Made by a program: the position numbers and the translations under genes. 64,000 bases of DNA, from assembly GCA_012295275.1 (NCBI GenBank), contig CM022665.1, forward strand, positions 44,888,001-44,952,000, given 5' to 3'. Of the stretch, positions 56,825 to 64,000 are shown one piece after another. Source of the DNA: Chrysomallon squamiferum. Lineage: Eukaryota; Animalia; Mollusca. Under the pieces are notes generated by a model. That model did no database searches and was not told the origin of the DNA. It was given only the letters and a program-made list of their open reading frames with translations. The number at the start of each line of letters is the position of its first letter. Position 1 is the stretch's first letter.

Positions 56825-56892
56825 AAAAATCTTTATTTATAACGTTATAAACATGACGTAATAATTATGACGTCATATGGTGTACGTGACAA
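56825..56892 (-). promoter_or_regulatory. Putative NS1 promoter of genome C (TATAAATAAA plus CRE pair)
   Basis: tttatttata 56832-56841, tgacgtaa 56854-56861 and tgacgtca 56868-56875. Confidence 0.7.
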
Positions 56893-56959
56893 AGCGAATG
56901 TAACAAATTCAAATGACTGTTCACTGTATTAATACACATTAGGTACTATTTACATATGT

Positions 56960-59083
56960 TTATAATGGATAAGACCAATCCACACTATTTCCCATGATGG
57001 GAATTGTTCTATCTCCATAGGCACCATGTAATGGCCATAACATTCTACGTCTAGCTCTACGTTTGTTCCAATTATCCCATATAGGAGCATAATTACGCAT
57101 TTTCCATGTTTTCTCTATACGTTCCTTATATTGTTTTATATTTTCATCCAGGAACTGATCTTGTTCAGTATGTTTAACATTATCTTTATTACCCATAGGT
57201 TTAGTATCATTTGTCCTAAACGTTAATCCTTGCATAGGACCTAGGCATCCGCCCAAACCTATCGGAATATATTTAGGGCACATGGCTGTTCGAATAATAA
57301 ATTCTACTTCACTATAATAAGTTATTTGAATATTTGCATGATAATTAAAGAATAATGTAGCACCGTTAGTACTTTTTTCAACATCTGGATATAGACCAAT
57401 TAGAAATAATGGAGGTCTGTTACATTGATATGTACGTCTATGTGTACCGTCTTTGCATGCATCAACCGTAGGATCATTAGCATCATTTGCCATGACACCT
57501 GTTTTACCAATTTTAGTACCTCCGTCATCAACAAATGCCGGAGCACCCAACAATTTAGCTGGATTGCTTTGGAAGCAACCAGTGTAATGTACATTCCTGT
57601 ATTGATGATTAAAATACGTTGCTATTGCAGTACCCATAGGATTTAAACTGACATTAGTAACTACAATATCGTGAGTTGGCCATACTTCTAAATTATTTTT
57701 ATTTTCATTTGCACATTGATAATTGTCTTTTTTACATAATCCAGACATATCAGTAAAATTGATTGTTTGTGAACTATCAGATGGAAATAATACAATTGGT
57801 GAATCTTTACATGTGTAATCTAAACCAAATCCTCCAGCACTAATTACGGTTTCACGATATCCATCGTGTTTTTTCATATCATATATATAATTTGGTGTTT
57901 CTGCTGTATAGTTAATACCATCTTGTCCATTCCATGCATTATTTATTAACTGCATAGCCATATCGCTAGGCAAATATAATTTACGATCTGGCTGTGCAGG
58001 TATACCCCTCTGAGATGTATTATCCATACATTCTCCGTCTTTGAAATTATTATTATGAGACAGATTGAGATTTTTTTCTGGTAAACCGTAATCGTTGTTA
58101 ATATCTGTAAATGTCCATATACGTGCATTAGGTGGTGCCATGACTGGGACTTCGTTAGGATCGGATTTAGTATTATTCAATACATGTATAATCATATTGT
58201 TGATATTAAATCCGAATCTTTTGATTCTATATCCAATAAAATCATCTGGTAAATTCCAATCATCTGGTTTAGTGCTGGCTTGTTTATACCAATATGGTAT
58301 TATATGTCCACCATGATTAAATGTTAGTTCACAAACATTTGGATCACCAATTGCCTTTTTCCAATTAGCATTTTCTGCATTATTATCTAAAATTTTCATA
58401 GTAGCTTTTCTAGTTTTACTGAAATTTATAGCACTGGTAAATGTACCTTTGAATGTCTTTTTGATCGTTATAAACCTTGGATTTATTCCTTTGGTAGTGC
58501 CACCGAATCCTTGATAAAGAACATTATTACCTGTTGCAGATGCCATAGGTGCACCTTCAACAGCTTCACTTCCTCCAGTATCTGTAACCTCCTCGTTCAT
58601 TATGGAATCTGGTTCCATCACTGATTCTTGAGGTTGTAAATAGGTACCTTTTGAATTTGTTTGTTCTAATACATCTTGAGATATTGTACTAGATAATTGA
58701 TTGTTATTAGGAACCTTTGAATCTGTTCCTCCTGAAGGTTGATCGGTATGTCTCTTCATAGTTGGTTGATTTGTATGTCTGGATGTGTCGTATGTATCTG
58801 ATTGTTGTTGAACGTCGTCGTAGAATAAAGGGGTCCCGAAAGGGTCGTCTTCGTCCGAATCTTCAACAGCATGATAGTTTTGCCCAATATTTTGAATTGC
58901 CTGATAGAAATCGTTATTTGGAATTTGTAGGTTTGGATACTGACGTCTGATCTGAAGCCACTTTTCTTGTCTTTTTGAATAGGGGACATTTAGATCACCT
59001 AGTATTGAAAATGCCTTTGTCTTTGCAATAGCCCAAAGTCTAGATACTTCCTTCTTCGTCAACAGTCTCTTTCCTTTACTCAT
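56960..59083 (-). CDS. Intact 707-aa putative capsid protein VP, genome C
   Basis: Uninterrupted ORF, colinear with the A, B and D homologs. It has a basic N-terminus, an acidic/flexible linker and an Arg-rich C-terminal patch. Confidence 0.8.
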   Translation of the reverse strand: MSKGKRLLTKKEVSRLWAIAKTKAFSILGDLNVPYSKRQEKWLQIRRQYPNLQIPNNDFYQAIQNIGQNYHAVEDSDEDDPFGTPLFYDDVQQQSDTYDTSRHTNQPTMKRHTDQPSGGTDSKVPNNNQLSSTISQDVLEQTNSKGTYLQPQESVMEPDSIMNEEVTDTGGSEAVEGAPMASATGNNVLYQGFGGTTKGINPRFITIKKTFKGTFTSAINFSKTRKATMKILDNNAENANWKKAIGDPNVCELTFNHGGHIIPYWYKQASTKPDDWNLPDDFIGYRIKRFGFNINNMIIHVLNNTKSDPNEVPVMAPPNARIWTFTDINNDYGLPEKNLNLSHNNNFKDGECMDNTSQRGIPAQPDRKLYLPSDMAMQLINNAWNGQDGINYTAETPNYIYDMKKHDGYRETVISAGGFGLDYTCKDSPIVLFPSDSSQTINFTDMSGLCKKDNYQCANENKNNLEVWPTHDIVVTNVSLNPMGTAIATYFNHQYRNVHYTGCFQSNPAKLLGAPAFVDDGGTKIGKTGVMANDANDPTVDACKDGTHRRTYQCNRPPLFLIGLYPDVEKSTNGATLFFNYHANIQITYYSEVEFIIRTAMCPKYIPIGLGGCLGPMQGLTFRTNDTKPMGNKDNVKHTEQDQFLDENIKQYKERIEKTWKMRNYAPIWDNWNKRRARRRMLWPLHGAYGDRTIPIMGNSVDWSYPL
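58756..58989 (-). CDS. Overprinted 77-aa ORF, genome C
   Basis: MSP..SDVSI..YKF.I.ISIRQFKI.GKT...LKIRTKTTL..PLY..PDI.IN.L, conserved with A and B. Confidence 0.7.
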   Translation of the reverse strand: MSPIQKDKKSGFRSDVSIQTYKFQITISIRQFKILGKTIMLLKIRTKTTLSGPLYSTTTFNNNQIHTTHPDIQINQL

Positions 59084-59445
59084 GAAATTGGAATGTTCCT
59101 GTATATATACGAAACGTTTTCGTCTTATTCTTGTTCTAATTGGTCACGTTCAGTTGGAGATACGTTATTATCAATATCTTTTCCACCTGATTTTACAAAA
59201 TCGCTTATTTGATGTATAGCTTCTTGTATTTGATTTTTTGTATAACTAGAAATACCTTCAACAGATGCTTCTACTATCGATTGTCCAATATTTATAGCTG
59301 GTTCCAACAATACGCTGTCAGCTCCAATAACTTCAGTAATTGCAGGTGCTGTAGAATCTATTATAGCTGATGTTGCAATTTCTACTGATGCATCGAATGC
59401 GTATTCGATTATCTCCGTAGCAATAATCTCTAATGCAGTGAACAT
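59080..59445 (-). CDS. Small upstream ORF of genome C with a premature TAA at 59125-59127
   Basis: Homology continues past the stop (DENVSYIYRNIPIS*) to the ATGA overlap with VP. Confidence 0.75.
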
Positions 59446-59550
59446 GCTATCATGACAAATGATATAACATAAATAAATAATAATATAAATATTTAATATA
59501 TATATTTATTATAACGGATATGACGTATTACTCTTCAAAAATCGCGACAT

Positions 59551-59790
59551 GATAGATCCTAACCCAACTCTTGTTATTGTAAAAAAAACAAAGTATAACA
59601 GACCGCTCGTTTTTGGTTTTTGGTCTTGAAAGCCAAATGTACTTTTAGCCTAAAAGTGATTAAGCTCCTTAGGGCGAAGCCTGAGCCCTAAGGATCATAT
59701 GCTAAAAGTACATTTGGCTTTCAAGACCAAAAACCTAAAACGAGCGATAATGAGGAACTTTGTTTTTTTTACAATAACAAGAGTTAGGTT
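59551..59790. repeat. Genome C right ITR
   Basis: Palindromic arms aactcttgttattgtaaaa.. and ..ttttacaataacaagagtt around a GC-rich tip. Confidence 0.9.
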
Positions 59791-59997
59791 ATAACACGAC
59801 TGGTTTTTGGTTTTTGGCCTTGAAATCCAATATGTACTTTTAACTTATGACCGTAGGGCTCAGGCTACGCCCGAAGGAGCTAATCACCTTCGGGTTAAAA
59901 GTACATATTGGCTTTCAAGGCCAAAAACCAAAAACCAGTCGTGTTATACTTTGTTTTTTTTACAATAACAAGAGTTGGGTTGGGATCTATCAGGTCC
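59791..59997. repeat. Genome D left ITR
   Basis: ataacacgactggtttttgg.. pairs with ..ccaaaaaccagtcgtgttat; tip gggctcaggctacgcccgaagg. Confidence 0.9.
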
Positions 59998-60191
59998 CAA
60001 CAATCTTATACATGAATTATATTATAATTATATTATTAGTATTATATTGTTTATATTTTATATTGTTAATTTATTAATACTATGTTATATTATATATTTA
60101 TATAATATTAACTATTATATAAATTACAAACACATATATAATTTTAAACATAGTTTATTTAACATATATTAATGTCCATACTGTATTTAAT

Positions 60192-62397
60192 TTAAGATTC
60201 TTGTTTGTATTTGTTAAACACATTCATCTGTGTTTCTGGAATGGTATCATTAAACATACATTCAAATGGTTGACTGGGTGGAATATAATACTTAAATCGT
60301 TTGTCTGATGGATCTTCGGGTTCATTATCCACTGTTATGTAGTTTGGGTCTAACGAATCATCTGAAATATCCTCTGTTATGACATCATACCGTTTTCGCT
60401 TAGTACCTTTAGTTACCTCATTATCTGATTTACATTTGTTTTGAGACAAAATGAAAATATCTTGTGATGGATTGTATGATGTTTCTTCATCATCTGAATC
60501 TGATATTGTTATGTATTCTGGTTTAGTTGTTGATGTTGATGGTTCTGGAGCATCTGGAATGTTATCATCTTTAAAATCTATCTGGCTGTCATCAAAATTG
60601 TCTGTAAAATAACTGAATCTTCCTTCAAATGTATTATCATGTATGCTGATATTGTTTTTGTTTACAAAGTACTCTCTATCATTCTCCATAGCAATGTTCA
60701 TTTCATCCTCTGACGGTTCTCTACCAATTGTAAACAATTTTGGGTGAAGCAGATTATAGCAATGTTTGAGAACATTACTTCGTTTCAGATTTTGAACTAA
60801 GAATAAACGTGTTTTCATTATACTTATTTGAGATGATGTAAGACCATCCCCAAACTTATTGTTAGAATTGAGCAAACAAATGTTGGCACGACAATAACAT
60901 GGTGTCGTGCCTTTCCTCTCGCATGTGGCCTTACTTCCACTTAATAAGTCTTTGTACTTGTCTATGTTTGTCTGTGTAATTGATATTTCTTCACCAAGTA
61001 TTATCTTTTTTCCACCCAACATTTGCCAAGGAAAATTATCCTTGGCAATCTTTCCAGATGTTGCCACACACTCAAACATTGAACTTGACATCATCGTCTT
61101 ACCGCTATCAGAATCACCTTGAAAATACAGTCCAATTTTTTTCTTTCCTTTGCCTTTTAACAATGATACAATGAGCGTATACAACCACCTCTCTTCAACG
61201 TCTTGTTCTCTACACCATGAATTGAATATTTTAAAACTATCATCTGGAGTCATATAATGTTCGAGATTATCATTCATCATTTGGATCTGATCAAAGGCCG
61301 ATTTATCCGACTGTTCTTCTAGATATTTTGATCGTGCTGCCTTAAACAGCTTGTCTCCAGAAGAATTTGCTACAGCATTACACAATGCCTTGAATTCATT
61401 GCTATTAGTGTCAAATTTACTAATTAGTAAATTTAGTTTGTTTATTTCTGGATATTGTTTGATAAGTTTATAAAAAAAAGTCTAAGGTTTCTGCAGACTT
61501 ATTATTTATGAGATGTGATGGAATAGACGGTTTATCCGGTTGATCTACTCTTTCGTTCTTATTGTCAGATGTATCCATTGCTTCTATCATATCATTTTCT
61601 TTCTTCATCTCATTGACAGTCATTCCTGATTTATGTGTAGACATTGTAGTTGTTTTATTGTCTGTAGACGTTGTGGCGTCATCTTTACGAATTGGATCTC
61701 TTATTTTCGATGTCATAATTGATGAATCTAATTTCTTTGATCCTGAAGCATCAAAGAAATCTTGTAATATGTTCATTATGTCAGCATCATTATCATGTAT
61801 TTGTTTTTCTATTTCATTCCACATATTTAACATGTTTTGATCATTAGTTCCCAAGAATTGTTTCTCTGAATCATTCATTAAATACTTCATATAACTTTCC
61901 ACAGATTTAGTTTGAGGATCTTTCAGTTTCATAATTTTTAAATATCCGTTTTCGTTCAGCACGGCTCTATGTAATCGACGATACTGTCTATCTTGAGATG
62001 GTGTTTTTAACGTCGTTTTCCAGATTATGTGGACATGAGTTCCATACGTAGGCTGATTAGTGATGGCTTCGCATTCTTTCTGATGGTAAACCATCAATGT
62101 TTTCCAATTTTTATTTCTCACGAACGCCTTCAACTCCGTTGTAACACGGTCTTGCCCTTTAGCCAAATATTCATAATTTGGCGTCGCCCAATGATCCACA
62201 GGTTTATCCATAATTTCTTGATTGTCCATCTGATAGGATTTAATATAATTTGTCCCCGTTGCATAGACAAATTTTCCATCTTTGTCTTTTGCCAAGCAAC
62301 GGGGAACTAAGTATTTAGGGTGGACCATGTCATAGTTGACATGGCCAACCAACACACTGTAATAGGTTTCCTCAGGTAAATCTACAAATCTATCCAT
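60192..62397 (-). CDS. NS1: NS1 of genome D (~734 aa), one homopolymer frameshift near 61470
   Basis: GTHVHIIW, YMKYL, GDSDSGKT, IILGEE and CLLNSN, plus a C-terminal acidic region with KRKR. Removing one base from the run at ~61472-61479 restores LDFFYKLIKQYP. Confidence 0.9.
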
Positions 62398-62469
62398 ATT
62401 TTATATATTATTTTATGTGTTTTTAACTCGTATGTTAAGAGATAACAGTAACGAATGAAGATTTTTTGA

Positions 62470-62535
62470 AATGTCTTTATTTATAAAATTTTAAATATGA
62501 CGTAATAGTAATGACGTCATATTATGTACGTGACA
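62470..62535 (-). promoter_or_regulatory. Putative NS1 promoter of genome D (TATAAATAAA plus CRE pair)
   Basis: tttatttata 62476-62485, tgacgtaa 62498-62505 and tgacgtca 62512-62519. Confidence 0.7.
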
Positions 62536-62600
62536 AAATGAACGTATTTTAATATAAGACTGTTAACTGTATTCCTACGCTATACATATTACAATATAAT

Positions 62601-64000
62601 TTATAATGGATATGACCAATCATATGCATTACCCATTACTTCCAATGTTCTATCTCCATATGCACCGTGTAATGGCCATAACTGTCTACGTCTATTTCTA
62701 CGTTTGTTCCAATTGTCCCAAACAGGAGCAGTGGTTCTCATTTTCCATGTTTTCTGAATCCTTTCTTTATATTTGGATTCATCTTCACCTAGAAACTGAT
62801 CTTGTTCTGTATGTGTAATATTGTCTTTATTACCCATAGGTGTTGTTTCATTTGCTTTATATGTTAAGCCCTGCATTGGACCTGGACATCCTCCTAAACC
62901 TATTGGAATGTATTTAGGACACATTCCAGTTCTAACTATAAATTCTATCTCACTATAATATGTTATTTGAATATTTGCATGATAATTAAAAAACAATGTA
63001 TTTCCACCACTTGTTTTTTCAATATCTGGGTATAATCCTATAAGAAATATAGGTGGTCTATTACATTGGAATGTACGCCTATGAGAACCATCTTTACATA
63101 CGTCTATATTAGGATTATTTGCATTATTATGCATAACACCTTGATTACTTAACTTAGTACCACCATCATCTACCATAGATGGTGCACCAAGTACATTAGA
63201 TGCTTTATTCTGAAAACATGCTGTATAATGTACACGTCTATATTGATGATTGAAATAACAACATATTGCTGTACACATTGGATGCTGTGTTGTATTAGTT
63301 ACTATTATGTCATGAGTTGGCCATACCTCTAAATTACCTTTATTTTCATTAGCACATTGATATTTAGTTTTCTGACATAATCCAGATATATCTGTAAAAT
63401 TAATTGTATGTGATGTTTCAGATGGAAATAAACACGTAGGAGAATCCTTACATGTGTAATCTAATGCGAAACCGCCAGCACTAATAACTGTTTCACGATA
63501 TCCATCATGTTTCTTCATATCATAAATATAATTTGGTGATTCAGCTGTAAATGTTATTCCATCACCTTTCCATGCATGATTTAATAACTGCATCGCCATA
63601 TCACTAGGTAAATACAATTTGCGATCAGGTTGAATTGGTATACTTCTATCGCTTATACTGTCCATACATTCTTCATCTCTGAAGTAATGATTATGCGATA
63701 AATTCAAATTCTTTTCTGGAAGGCCATAATCATTATTTATATCTGTAAATGTCCAAACACGAGAGTTCGGTGGTGCCATTACAGGAACTTCATTAGGATC
63801 TGCTTTATTATTATTTAAAACGTGAATAATCATATTATTTATATTGAAACCTATTCGTTTAACTCTGTATCCCATAAAATCATCAGGTAAATTCCAATCT
63901 TCGGGTTTAGTACTGGCGGCTTTGTACCAATATGGTATAATATGTCCTCCATGATTAAATGTAAATTCACAAACATTAGGATCTCCTATAGCTTTTTTCC
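62601..64000 (-). CDS. Putative capsid VP of genome D (5' part lies beyond the window)
   Basis: Open homolog of the C-terminal two-thirds of the 707-aa VP. Confidence 0.8.
   Translation of the reverse strand, partial: KKAIGDPNVCEFTFNHGGHIIPYWYKAASTKPEDWNLPDDFMGYRVKRIGFNINNMIIHVLNNNKADPNEVPVMAPPNSRVWTFTDINNDYGLPEKNLNLSHNHYFRDEECMDSISDRSIPIQPDRKLYLPSDMAMQLLNHAWKGDGITFTAESPNYIYDMKKHDGYRETVISAGGFALDYTCKDSPTCLFPSETSHTINFTDISGLCQKTKYQCANENKGNLEVWPTHDIIVTNTTQHPMCTAICCYFNHQYRRVHYTACFQNKASNVLGAPSMVDDGGTKLSNQGVMHNNANNPNIDVCKDGSHRRTFQCNRPPIFLIGLYPDIEKTSGGNTLFFNYHANIQITYYSEIEFIVRTGMCPKYIPIGLGGCPGPMQGLTYKANETTPMGNKDNITHTEQDQFLGEDESKYKERIQKTWKMRTTAPVWDNWNKRRNRRRQLWPLHGAYGDRTLEVMGNAYDWSYPL

Larger units (their letters stand above)
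29282..64000 (-). mobile_element. Tandem array of endogenous parvovirus-like elements (lineages A, B x6, C, D), running off the window
   Basis: Three HUH+SF3 NS1 genes, nine capsid-like genes and palindromic ITRs between units. Confidence 0.93.

Noticed and set aside
57850-58525. PLA2 domain suggested by YQGFG (YxGxG) and HDGY in VP
   Set aside because: The two motifs are about 200 residues apart rather than about 20, and HDGY does not fit HDxxY.
29282-64000. Helitron, Polinton/Maverick, bidnavirus or CRESS virus identity
   Set aside because: There is no PIF1 helicase, PolB or integrase. HUH+SF3 with an EE Walker B and long flip/flop terminal palindromes fit a parvovirus-type linear replicon.

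Overview
AT-rich animal (probably invertebrate) genomic DNA in two parts. The host part (1-29280) has microsatellites, a 200-N gap, a decayed spliced DDX52/ROK1 DEAD-box pseudogene, an ~80-bp AT-rich minisatellite and a segmentally duplicated short-exon locus. From 29282 to the window end is a >34-kb array of endogenous parvovirus-like genomes from four divergent lineages (here A, B, C, D), joined hairpin to hairpin. A, C and D have the layout ITR-[122-aa ORF]-[~707-aa capsid-like VP with a conserved overprinted 77-aa ORF]-[HUH+SF3 NS1]-ITR (D runs off the window), all on one strand with capsid upstream of NS1, the reverse of the usual monosense parvovirus order. B is an NS1-less, ITR-flanked, capsid-only ~3-kb unit present in six near-identical copies, and this concatemer appears to be nested inside genome C. 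Flip/flop hairpins, shared-ITR head-to-tail junctions and breakpoints clustered at a conserved AACAAGAGTT motif point to rolling-hairpin replication and NS1-linked joining. All homology calls come from reading motifs by eye, not database searches. Many frameshifts fall in homopolymers and may be assembly errors.
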